Source: an uncultured virus (IMG/VR IMGVR_UViG_3300001486_000425)
Taxonomy: Duplodnaviria > Heunggongvirae > Uroviricota > Caudoviricetes
Length of the DNA stretch: 64,000 nt
Virus record (IMG/VR): IMGVR_UViG_3300001486_000425
Reading direction: 5' to 3' (one strand)
The position numbers were made by a program, and so were the translations under genes. The notes under the pieces were generated by a model. That model had not been told where the DNA came from. It did no database searches and saw nothing but the letters and a program-made list of their open reading frames with translations. The first letter of the stretch is position 1; the number at the start of each line of letters is the position of its first letter. This document shows positions 32,298 through 41,684 of the stretch, in pieces.

Positions 32298-33473
32298 TTA
32301 TTCTTCTTCATCAATATCTTCTCTATCTACTAAATTACCATTTTCATCTATACGTTTCTTTGTAAGTGGATTTGATGAAATTAATTTTTCATCATAATTT
32401 GATTTAATATGTATAACACCATTTCTATTTTTTCTATCTATAAAGAAACATACACCTTTAGGTAACTGTGTAATTGCGGTTACTATATTATCTTCATCAA
32501 TAGACTGAGACGCATCAAGCGCACCAGTATTAAATAATTCTAAAAATTGTCGCGCTTCTTCAATTGAAGATTTAAATATAAATTTTGAAGTAATATAATT
32601 TGCAATATTTTTAGGAAATTGTGAAATACCTTGAGACGCAAGTACAGTTGCAGTATTTAATGCACGACCTAATGTTAAAAATTTATTAATAACACTTGCC
32701 ATTTGCCTATTATTAAATAATATATGCGCCTCATCACAAATTAATACTTTAGGTGTTTTTTCATTATCTTGTAATATATCTAATAATTTTGATGCAATAA
32801 TATAAATAATTGTAGAAGTAAATCTATCATTTGCATCATAATCTTCAACACGTTTACTACAATCAGGTAATTCCATACCATGTAATGTAATTATAATAGA
32901 CTTATCTTTTGATAATACAAGTGGTTTAGCCTCTGTATCATATGTAAATAAAAGTTTACCATATTTATTATCTGCATATAATAAAAGTTTTTGACCCATT
33001 GTTCTTGATTCAACATCTGATTTACTTAAAAGATAATTTCCAAAATCTAATAAATCTATATGTTCATTACGCTTATTTTTAATTACAAAGTCTTTTACTT
33101 TTGGAATAAGTGCATCTTCATCTGCTTTATCTAATTTACCTAATAATAATTGAATAATTGATGTTATTGTTGCTGAGTCTGGATATTCAAAAGAACCATC
33201 TGGTTTTTCTTTCTTTAAAAATTCAAATGGATTTAATGCACCAGGTCTAATATAGTTAACATCTACAACTTCAATATTAGGATTAATATTATAAATTGCT
33301 CCTAAGTCATTTTTAGGATCAATTGCAATAACTCTTTGTCCCATTCCTAATGCATTTGCAGCAATATTTACTAAAAAGAATGTTTTACCTGAACCAGGAG
33401 ATCCTAAAATAATTGTTCCAGGTGCGTCATTTTTTAATTGTGCAGTAGTAGGTAGCCATTTAATTGTACTCAT
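32298..33473 (-). CDS. VirB4/TcpF/ConE-like conjugation ATPase (ATPase domain only)
   Basis: ILGSPGSGKT, AIDPKND, LNPF, ICDEAH, GRALN...LASQ. Confidence 0.8.
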   Translation of the reverse strand: MSTIKWLPTTAQLKNDAPGTIILGSPGSGKTFFLVNIAANALGMGQRVIAIDPKNDLGAIYNINPNIEVVDVNYIRPGALNPFEFLKKEKPDGSFEYPDSATITSIIQLLLGKLDKADEDALIPKVKDFVIKNKRNEHIDLLDFGNYLLSKSDVESRTMGQKLLLYADNKYGKLLFTYDTEAKPLVLSKDKSIIITLHGMELPDCSKRVEDYDANDRFTSTIIYIIASKLLDILQDNEKTPKVLICDEAHILFNNRQMASVINKFLTLGRALNTATVLASQGISQFPKNIANYITSKFIFKSSIEEARQFLELFNTGALDASQSIDEDNIVTAITQLPKGVCFFIDRKNRNGVIHIKSNYDEKLISSNPLTKKRIDENGNLVDREDIDEEE

Positions 33474-33682
33474 TTTACAAATCTCCTTTCTCAGTTATTG
33501 TTAATCGTATGTACTATCATTTTTAGAATGATCGATTAATTTAATTGAACCATCTGGATAACGTAACGCATAGCATTGTTCACCATTTTCTCCAGTAATC
33601 AATACTATTTCTCCATCAGATGATTTATCTTTATCAGAAATATTCTGAATATCAATATCTATATTTGCCATTATTTATCTCC

Positions 33683-34849
33683 TTATTTCAATTGTGATAA
33701 CAAGATATTACTTGCTTTAGTATAAATTTCATTATATTCTTCTCTACTTAATGTTCCTTTTACAAAATAAAAACCATCATAAACATTTAAAGTTTGAACA
33801 TTAAGATCTTTTAATAATTTCAACATTAATATATGTAAATTTGATTCATAAATAAAAATATCAGCCTTATAAAATTTATTAAGACCTAATACTTTATGCA
33901 TTGAATTGCGAATTGTATCTAATATATTCCAGATTGGTCTCTGAAGTCTTTCCTCAAGCCAAATATAAGAATTATATTGTTCTCTATCTGTTTTATTAAA
34001 AATATACTTCCATGACTTCTGAGAATTATATTGTAAACATCTATATTTAAGAGAACTTTCTCGCATATAAATAGGCATCAAAATTTTCTTAAATATACTA
34101 CGTAATTCATCATTCCATTCTAAATCAAAATTGCATTCTTTAAAAATTACTTCATACATATCCATATCTAAAGGTGCACAATAACCATGACCTAAAGCAT
34201 ATGACAATCTGTAAATACTTGCATTTGTATCATATTCAATTATATCAGATTCAGTTTTAAAATAGTTTTTTAAAATCTTAATTCTAGTATTATTTGGATC
34301 ATGACTCTGATTTCTAGTTGAACATAAATTACTTACAAGTCGCTTTTTATCTTGATTCAAATATTTCAATGGTATTACATTATTATTAACTTTATCAAGT
34401 AATTTAATGTAATAAACATTTTCTTTTTTAAGTATATCTATTTTATTTTGAGATTTTTTATCAATTATAAGTTTATCTTCTAAATTAGTTGGATTTTTAA
34501 TAAAATTCATATATTCATGATATAAGTTAATTAAGTTATCAATATCATTTAAAAGATCTGCTCCAACTTCAGATTTAATATATTCATTAATTTTATCATT
34601 ATTTACTTCATATATGTTAGATAACCAATTATTTTTTGTATGTTTATTATAAATTCTTACAGAACCAATTATTTTAATATATCCTAGCTCTTTTGCTTTA
34701 CTAAAATGTCTTGCAACTGTTCTATGTGAAATATCTAAAAATGAAGCAAAAGTTAATTGATTCAAAATTATATTTTCTTCTGTACAGGATACGCTATACG
34801 CAAGAATCAATTGTAATACGTTAATAAATTTACTAGGTTTTGTTTTCAT
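33683..34849 (-). CDS. HTH plus A-family polymerase-palm-like protein (possible replication protein)
   Basis: N-terminal HTH (QLTFASFLDISHRTVARHFSKAKELGYI); IIEYDTNAS, FIYES and NVYDGF resemble palm motifs. Confidence 0.5.
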   Translation of the reverse strand: MKTKPSKFINVLQLILAYSVSCTEENIILNQLTFASFLDISHRTVARHFSKAKELGYIKIIGSVRIYNKHTKNNWLSNIYEVNNDKINEYIKSEVGADLLNDIDNLINLYHEYMNFIKNPTNLEDKLIIDKKSQNKIDILKKENVYYIKLLDKVNNNVIPLKYLNQDKKRLVSNLCSTRNQSHDPNNTRIKILKNYFKTESDIIEYDTNASIYRLSYALGHGYCAPLDMDMYEVIFKECNFDLEWNDELRSIFKKILMPIYMRESSLKYRCLQYNSQKSWKYIFNKTDREQYNSYIWLEERLQRPIWNILDTIRNSMHKVLGLNKFYKADIFIYESNLHILMLKLLKDLNVQTLNVYDGFYFVKGTLSREEYNEIYTKASNILLSQLK

Positions 34850-34859
34850 ATAACGTATC

Positions 34860-35035
34860 CTCCTTTCAATAAATTTTTGCAGTAATGTATAATAATAATT
34901 ATTATTATTATTTAATTATTATTATTATTTATATAATATTGTGTCTCTACTTGTATCTATATATATCAAATAAGTATGACAATTCTCCACGTAATACAAA
35001 ATTATTACATTTGTATTACGTTAATTATGGAAAAT
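34860..35035. other. AT-rich non-coding region with (TAT/AAT)n tracts and a 12-bp inverted repeat; possible origin
   Basis: ACGTAATACAAA (34989-35000) and TTTGTATTACGT (35010-35021); near-pure A/T tract at about 34888-34940. Confidence 0.4.
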
Positions 35036-35040
35036 ATAAA

Positions 35041-35485
35041 TTATAATTCTTCAAATTTTTGATCTTTTCTGCTATCTATTTCTGCGTGTTGACCATCAAA
35101 ATCAATAACTGTTTTAGAGTTTGTATTATCTAACTCTATATTACCTTCAAGAATTATATCTTCTTTCTCTTGAGGTTGACTATCTAAATAACCTAATTTA
35201 TTTAGACCTCTTTGTTTAAAATATGTATCGACAATCCAACTTTGATTCTCAAAATAATATTGTACACGTGCAATTTCACCTTGCATTTTAGTGATACCAG
35301 CACCTTTATGAGAACCATCAATTGTTGTACCAAGCGTAGAACCTAATGCCATTTGTGAAGGAATATTTTCCAGTCTTCCACAAACTACTTGGTTGGTTCT
35401 ATACTCTAGCACCGCAATTATGTGTAAAAATTGCATTTTTAGTGCTAGAATATAGACCATCACCTCTCTTTCTTATTTTTCTCAT
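35041..35485 (-). CDS. Split-intein C-fragment plus C-terminal fragment of an FtsK/TcpA-like ATPase, interrupted by a 16-nt gap (35386-35401)
   Basis: GGAGG RBS; ATG at 35485 gives MRKIRKRGDGLYSSTKNAIFTHN|CGARV*; a shifted frame continues VCGRLENIPSQMALG...KGAG. Confidence 0.72.
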
Positions 35486-35727
35486 AAATTACCTCCATAA
35501 TTTTCTTTCAATATTACCATTTATACTCCTCATCATTAGGATTCTTTGACAGTATTTAGTATGTTTCTCTCATTTCAGATTGTTCTAGTTTAGGTAAATT
35601 TAGAGGTTTAGATATATTTAATTTATAATTTATAAATAATATACCAATTATACTTGCTATTAAAATAATAGTACAAATTATAATAGAAATTATTATCACT
35701 TTTGTATTAAATGATTTATTTTTCATA

Positions 35728-36126
35728 TTAAAAATCCCTAACTGTACCCATTAATTCACTAGAACCAACACGCTTCTTATCTTTTGCTAGTTCAACATAC
35801 TTTGAAAGCATATTTTTAACATTTTTAGCATTAGGAATGTTTTTTAATTCCAAATAAGGAGTGCTTTGATCTGCAGCTCTTAATTTAACTGTACCAAGTT
35901 TAAACATTCTTTGAATTACATTTCTAGTTAAAGTAATGTCTAATACCCTATATAATAATATTTCTTCTTGTTTTTGTACTAATAATCCAGAGTCAATTAA
36001 GAGTTTATCTTCAGTAAGACTATATGTAGTAAAAGTCCATGGAAGTCCAAATAGTGCCCAGCGTTTCTTTTCTGACCACTTTACCTCTTCTTCAGATTCG
36101 TAAATTTTACTCATAATTTCCTCCAA
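35728..36126 (-). CDS. Bacterial PH-domain protein
   Basis: YSLTEDKLLIDSGLL...LYRVLDI...QRMFKLGTV. Confidence 0.8.
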   Translation of the reverse strand: MEEIMSKIYESEEEVKWSEKKRWALFGLPWTFTTYSLTEDKLLIDSGLLVQKQEEILLYRVLDITLTRNVIQRMFKLGTVKLRAADQSTPYLELKNIPNAKNVKNMLSKYVELAKDKKRVGSSELMGTVRDF

Positions 36127-36450
36127 TTATTTACACCAATCATTACACCATTTATTTATTTCTTTAGAAGACTCTAATTTTACATAAATAAATTCTGGTA
36201 ACTTATAAGTATGATATGTACTTATAATTTTTTTAACTTTTTCAAGATCTGTACATAGTATAGTCATTTCATACTCATTCATAGTATCTACAGATCCTTC
36301 CCATTCAAATGTACTAATTACCTCAGTTATATGAACTGATACAGCTGCGTGAGAATTTACAAGCGCCTTTGAAATAAACAACGCACGTTCCTGATCCTCT
36401 ACAGAAGTTCTAACCATATACAGAGGGTTACTTTGTTTAATTTTTGCCAT
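36127..36450 (-). CDS. cutA: CutA-like divalent cation tolerance protein
   Basis: ALVNSHAAVSV...STFEWEG...E...HTYKLPEF...W. Confidence 0.75.
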   Translation of the reverse strand: MAKIKQSNPLYMVRTSVEDQERALFISKALVNSHAAVSVHITEVISTFEWEGSVDTMNEYEMTILCTDLEKVKKIISTYHTYKLPEFIYVKLESSKEINKWCNDWCK

Positions 36451-36472
36451 ATAATTTCCTCACACTTCAATT

Positions 36473-36524
36473 AAAAAGGCCTTTAACAAAAATTAAAGAC
36501 CTTATATTTATTATATATAAATAG
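36473..36524 (-). promoter_or_regulatory. Promoter-short leader-terminator unit
   Basis: CTATTTATA-TATAAT, then hairpin AGGTCTTTAA/TTAAAGGCCT and TTTT. Confidence 0.55.
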
Positions 36525-36528
36525 CTTA

Positions 36529-36777
36529 TCAATCTTTTGAAAACTTCTGCTTGAGTGTATGTCGCATCATATTATTAACTTTAATAGGCTGATCAAGTAT
36601 CTCAATTGAATACCTGTATACACCGCATTTTGGGCACTTCCTTCTTCTAATAACCAGCTGATCTGGGTTAGTAACTTGTGCAATTCCATTTGAAATATAC
36701 TTTAAATAATTTGTTACTAATTCACCATCATATGTATTAGTTACACCCATGTGCTCGTTACAATCAGGACATTTCAT
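36529..36777 (-). CDS. NrdR-like N-terminal zinc-ribbon protein (no ATP cone)
   Basis: MKCPDC...IRRRKCPKCG...SIE; own promoter TTTACA-17-TATAAT at 36812-36840. Confidence 0.65.
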   Translation of the reverse strand: MKCPDCNEHMGVTNTYDGELVTNYLKYISNGIAQVTNPDQLVIRRRKCPKCGVYRYSIEILDQPIKVNNMMRHTLKQKFSKD

Positions 36778-36910
36778 GACATTACTCCTTTCTAATATAA
36801 TACTTAATTGTATTATATAATGCTCTTTTTTACTTGTAAACTAAAAATTATTATAATTTTATAACTATTTTTGTACAAATAAGCTAGCCACGAATGACTA
36901 GCTTATCTTT

Positions 36911-37138
36911 TTAAATATAACCTAATACTCCACACTCAGTAAATACTACACCATCAGTCAATCCATAAGCAACTTTACCTGCAGAATTAACAAGTACAAT
37001 ATAATCTACATCATCTTTAGTATAGTATTCATTTGATACAAAATCTCCTGTCTCTTGAATAAAATCAAATCCAGGTACAGGATAATTTATTGCATTAAAA
37101 ATCGGTTTAATTTTCTCATAAAGTTCATCAATAGTCAT
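36911..37138 (-). CDS. Small acidic hypothetical protein (probable paralog of 38984-39313)
   Basis: PGFDFIQETGDFVSN vs PVLDYIEDGNYFISN. Confidence 0.65.
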   Translation of the reverse strand: MTIDELYEKIKPIFNAINYPVPGFDFIQETGDFVSNEYYTKDDVDYIVLVNSAGKVAYGLTDGVVFTECGVLGYI

Positions 37139-37182
37139 TAGATTAATTTCCTTTCTACTGTTATAGTATAATTAAATAGCCT

Positions 37183-38901
37183 TTAGTCTAAATTATATCT
37201 AAAATAAAGTTTATTCTTTTCATTTTTATCTCTATTATATAATCTTGTTATATACTGTAATCTTCTTCCATCCATATCATTACCATTTGCGTCTTCTGAG
37301 AACGTATAGAATTGGAATGTATATGTATATCCATCTGCATCAAGTATTACATTTGTCATAACTGCAACATCAGAACCAAAATTATACTCTGGAATTAATG
37401 CTTTTAAGTCATCTAATACTTTTATTGGATCCCAAACAGCTCTATCTTCCTTAACTTGAGCTTTCTTTTCAAAATAGAAGCTCTTCTGTTGTAAGAATGA
37501 TAAATCTATTCTTCCACCACCTGCAATACTAGATAATACTCTCTTTTTGAATGCTTTATCTTTTGAATGATCAATAATAACTTCAATTGCTTCATCAAAA
37601 TCCATAATTCTATCATAATAATCTTTCAAATTATGAGTTGCAATGAATTTTGCAAGAGATTTAATATCTTTAGCAGGAAAATCATAGAATTCATGATATG
37701 TTTTAAGCATATTTAAGATATTCTGTCTTAATTGTTCAGGCTCTAATACATCAAGAAACATTTCATAACAAATATATTTAGGAGCATCAATAGCCTTTGC
37801 TTTGATTGCTTTTTTAAATTTAGTAAATACATCTAAATTTAATGCATCATCAAAATTTATTGGATCTACAACAGCTCCAAGACCATTTTCAACTACATCT
37901 TTATATATACTATGTCTTACATTCTTAAGTACAGCATAGTCATACCATTGACGTAAATCTCTTAAAACTAAATTCTTTAATTTATCATATTGTTCTTCCC
38001 AATATTCAGGTTCTTCAATTTTCCAGTTTGCCCAATTATAAAAAGCATCAACTGTTGCATCAGTTAATATTTCATGAACAGGTCTAGGTACATAAGAAGA
38101 AGCTGTTATTGAATTTGGTATACCTTGAACCATAGGTAATACAGCTTTTAATACTTCTTCTCTAGATTTCTTTTCACGAGGAGTACCCCAGATTTGATCA
38201 CATAAAGAATTAATCCAATGTTTTGCTTCTGCTTTTTTCTGATCATACATATTTCTAGAAGCTGCAATCTTTGCTTCTTTTGCTTTCTTTTCAGCTTCAA
38301 CTTGAGCTTCTTCTACTCTGTATTCAGCTTCTGTTGCTTCTTTATACTCATCTGTATGATAATAATCAATAGCTAATCTATTACCAGTTTGTTTCAAATA
38401 CATTGTCATTAATATATTTGAAGTATCTTTTCTAGACTTACCATAATAAATTTCTACTTTCATAAAAGTAGGTACAATTGTAATTTGTGATTTGCAATAA
38501 TAAGGTTGAGATAATTTAAGTGTATTATTAATGAACTTTTCAGTTTTCTTATCATTCCAATACTCTTTATTTTCTGAGAAAATTTGAACAATCTTTCCTT
38601 TATACTTTTCAAGTGTTGCTAAATCTGCGTTAATATCTGCATTTATAACAGATCCACCTGCATAATGAATATATTTACAATATTGTTTTTTCTTTTCATT
38701 ATAATAAGTAATAAGCTTTGCAGTAACATCATTATTATTATCATCTTTAAATACTAATATTTCTTTTGTAATAAGTTCATCAATTTGATCTGGTGTTAAA
38801 TTAATGCCTTGATCTTTTAATCCAAGATTTTGCCATTTATGGTCATAATAATATGAATAATATTTTCCATATTGGCCTGTTTTAATTGTTCCTAATGACA
38901 T
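37183..38901 (-). CDS. Hypothetical protein (paralog of 39442-40938)
   Basis: Shared LAKF, AG(G)GR, and G.RL....YN...L.F.Y blocks. Confidence 0.75.
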   Translation of the reverse strand: MSLGTIKTGQYGKYYSYYYDHKWQNLGLKDQGINLTPDQIDELITKEILVFKDDNNNDVTAKLITYYNEKKKQYCKYIHYAGGSVINADINADLATLEKYKGKIVQIFSENKEYWNDKKTEKFINNTLKLSQPYYCKSQITIVPTFMKVEIYYGKSRKDTSNILMTMYLKQTGNRLAIDYYHTDEYKEATEAEYRVEEAQVEAEKKAKEAKIAASRNMYDQKKAEAKHWINSLCDQIWGTPREKKSREEVLKAVLPMVQGIPNSITASSYVPRPVHEILTDATVDAFYNWANWKIEEPEYWEEQYDKLKNLVLRDLRQWYDYAVLKNVRHSIYKDVVENGLGAVVDPINFDDALNLDVFTKFKKAIKAKAIDAPKYICYEMFLDVLEPEQLRQNILNMLKTYHEFYDFPAKDIKSLAKFIATHNLKDYYDRIMDFDEAIEVIIDHSKDKAFKKRVLSSIAGGGRIDLSFLQQKSFYFEKKAQVKEDRAVWDPIKVLDDLKALIPEYNFGSDVAVMTNVILDADGYTYTFQFYTFSEDANGNDMDGRRLQYITRLYNRDKNEKNKLYFRYNLD

Positions 38902-38922
38902 TTCTATTCTCCTTTCTTAAAT

Positions 38923-38979
38923 TAAAAATGACCAGTTTTGTAACCGGTCATTTCCATACATGTCTATTAAATTAAATAG
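38923..38979 (-). promoter_or_regulatory. Promoter-short leader-terminator unit
   Basis: CTATTTAAT-TTAATA, GACATGTATGGAA, hairpin ATGACCGGTT/AACTGGTCAT and TTTT. Confidence 0.55.
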
Positions 38980-38983
38980 TCTT

Positions 38984-39313
38984 TTATAAAGTCCATTCTC
39001 CATTCTGATAAAGAATATAACCAACATTTGTAAAATGCTGCCAATTATTGTTTTCGTCAAATGTACCAAAACTAAATACTCCTGCAAAATCATTTTCATT
39101 ACGAGTTGAAGGAGTAATATCAAGTCTTGTATAATACTTTACACCTTCAAATTCATTATCTGGAGCATTAGAAATAAAATAATTTCCATCTTCTATATAA
39201 TCAAGTACAGGTAGTGTAAAACCACCGGTCATAAGAATTGCTCCTGCAACATCAAAGTATCTATCAGTATTAATTAGACTCTTATAATAATCAATTCTCT
39301 TAGCGTCTGTCAT
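38984..39313 (-). CDS. Small acidic hypothetical protein
   Basis: ORF with RBS GAAAGGA. Confidence 0.7.
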   Translation of the reverse strand: MTDAKRIDYYKSLINTDRYFDVAGAILMTGGFTLPVLDYIEDGNYFISNAPDNEFEGVKYYTRLDITPSTRNENDFAGVFSFGTFDENNNWQHFTNVGYILYQNGEWTL

Positions 39314-39441
39314 TTTTCAAATTCCTTTCTCTTTCTAAATTTAAAGAAAAAAAGCTTAATTATTTACAAATAAATGCAATAATTAAGCTTTTCTTATAAT
39401 CTTTATAATACATTTATTTTGAAAAGTAAATAAATTTTTAA

Positions 39442-40938
39442 TTATTTATCAATGCATTCAACTTTTATATATTTTAAGAATAAGACATCATTATATTTTT
39501 CATTATACATTTCAACTAAATCTGCTAATCTAGCACCAGTAGTTTTTTCTGCATCTTTTCTTTCATATGAAATTGCATCAATTATAATTGTATTATCTTC
39601 ACTATTTCCAGTAATAGTTCCAATTTCAGTACGATGTTTATGTTCTAAATTAAATGCAGGTACTAAATCTAACAATCTCATGATAAGTAAATCATTAAAT
39701 TCTGCAGTTGATTCTTCTTTTATCCATTTACCTTCAGAATTTTGTTTATTTGCTACTGATTTTCTAATCTTTGCAACAAATAAATATCTATGAGTTATAT
39801 CAGATAAATTATCAGCACTATTACTATGATTTCTAAAATATCTTCCACCAGCTTCAGTTTCTTTTACTTTACTTGTAAAAATACTTTTAGTTAAAGAATT
39901 ATCAATTAAGAATTTTGCAAGTCTAGTTGCATTTTGCTCATTTATATGTCTATATTCGTAATAAAGTTTAAGTAATTGATTAATACTTTTTGCTAATAAT
40001 TCAAGATCTGTAATATTTTTAAAAGATTCATCTATAATATTATCATATGTTTTTGACTGACCAATAATTAATTTTTGAACACAATCAAAACTACCAAGAT
40101 CAATACTACTGTCAATTTCAATATTTTTTACATATTCATCAATACCAACTTTTTTAACTTGAGCTTTTATATGCGCGCGTACAGATGCTTCTTTAAATGC
40201 ATGATTTGATCTTTTTAATGATACCATAAATACACGTTTAAATAATTCAATATCTTTTTCAGATGAATGATTTATTGTAATAATACTATCAATCATATCA
40301 GTAAAATCAATTTTAACAAATTTTGTAACATCATTAACAGTAATTGCATTATTGATTTCTAATGTATCTTTTGTATATTGACTATAATCTTCAAATATCT
40401 TTTTCATTCTATTTATATAATTTTTCCAGCTTAAATTAGATACTGCTTGATATACTCTATCTTTTATTTCTGTTACAAATTTATTACATTCTTCTAAAGC
40501 ATTTTTATATGCTATATATTCAGGAGAAGTATCTCCAACTTCAATTTTATATTTAGCACAAGCAATATCAAATGAATCTTTATCTGTACTTTCAAATACT
40601 GCATGACCTCTATTATCTTTTTCAATAGGAAGATAATAAAATGCTAAACATTTATTTCCAATAATAAGATCATTTCCATTATGAATAAATATAGAAGTTA
40701 ATCTAGAATTTTGTTCATATTCAAATACAGTTACAGTCCAAAAATTAAAATTTTTTGCTAATGTAATATTTAAATACTTATTTTCGTGTTCTGGTTTATA
40801 TAAATCATATTTTACATATCTACCAACATTTCTAAAATTTGCATGATTTAAAGTATTTTCTATTCCATTTTTAATAGTTTCTTTTGCAAATTTTAATTTT
40901 CCCCATTCAAACTCTAATCTTTCTTCACGAGGATCCAT
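39442..40938 (-). CDS. Hypothetical protein
   Basis: 498-aa ORF with RBS; C-terminal similarity to 37183-38901. Confidence 0.75.
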   Translation of the reverse strand: MDPREERLEFEWGKLKFAKETIKNGIENTLNHANFRNVGRYVKYDLYKPEHENKYLNITLAKNFNFWTVTVFEYEQNSRLTSIFIHNGNDLIIGNKCLAFYYLPIEKDNRGHAVFESTDKDSFDIACAKYKIEVGDTSPEYIAYKNALEECNKFVTEIKDRVYQAVSNLSWKNYINRMKKIFEDYSQYTKDTLEINNAITVNDVTKFVKIDFTDMIDSIITINHSSEKDIELFKRVFMVSLKRSNHAFKEASVRAHIKAQVKKVGIDEYVKNIEIDSSIDLGSFDCVQKLIIGQSKTYDNIIDESFKNITDLELLAKSINQLLKLYYEYRHINEQNATRLAKFLIDNSLTKSIFTSKVKETEAGGRYFRNHSNSADNLSDITHRYLFVAKIRKSVANKQNSEGKWIKEESTAEFNDLLIMRLLDLVPAFNLEHKHRTEIGTITGNSEDNTIIIDAISYERKDAEKTTGARLADLVEMYNEKYNDVLFLKYIKVECIDK

Positions 40939-40949
40939 TTTAATTCTCC

Positions 40950-41593
40950 TTATAACATACTCTTATTTATAAATAAAGATACCATTTTTCCTTCTTTTGC
41001 TGCAGGTACCCATTCTTCTTCATATTCTTTTTCATCAATTTCTTCTAAATGAAGTTCTTCACAATCATTTTGTTCAAGTAACTCTTGAATTTCATAATAT
41101 TTTTCTAATTCACTTTGGTGTACTTCAGTTAAATCATCATCTGATTGTATAAGAATAATTTCAGCTATATTATCACAAATTTCACGATCAATATTTGCTG
41201 CATAACATAATTTTCCTAAATAATATTTCATACTAAAAATCTCCTTTATTCAAAATTTTTAATTTGTATTGGTTTTTCAAGTAATTCAACTTGACGTTTT
41301 GCAAGTTCTAAATGTTTAAGTCTTTCATGATCAACTATAGTAAAAATTTCATCTTTATTTGTACTATATACAACTCTTGCTTTTATACTATACATTTCCA
41401 TATCATTTAATTTATCTATTTTATTTTTATCAATATATATAAAAGGATATAAGTTGTTATTATAAAATAGATCTAAATAACTAGTAGGTATTTCTAATAA
41501 ATATTTTCCATCTTCTTCTTCACATTTTTTAGAAAATACAGTATAATTAAATATTAAATTCTCAATAATTCCACAATATACTATTACAGACAT
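40950..41593 (-). other. Hypothetical CDSs 40950-41231 and 41246-41593
   Basis: ORFs with AGGAG RBS. Confidence 0.75.
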
Positions 41594-41618
41594 ATTATTT
41601 ATTCTCCTTTTTTATATA

Positions 41619-41680
41619 AAAAATATACCTTACCCAAAAGAGTAAGGTATTTTATCTCATCCACTATTATATTTAAATAG
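41619..41680 (-). promoter_or_regulatory. Promoter-short leader-terminator unit
   Basis: CTATTTAAA-TATAAT, AGTGGATGAGATAAA, hairpin ATACCTTACTC/GGGTAAGGTAT and T tract. Confidence 0.65.
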
Positions 41681-41684
41681 CCTA

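Noticed and set aside
35399..35401. Genome-wide TAG reassignment as the explanation for this stop
   Set aside because: In-frame readthrough gives unrelated sequence, and genes tile well under the standard code
35041..35463. Track start MMVYILALK... for this ORF
   Set aside because: The N-terminal part is better explained as the wrong frame of the IntC coding sequence beginning at ATG 35485; a GAGG-like word precedes this GTG/ATG, so internal initiation is not strictly excluded
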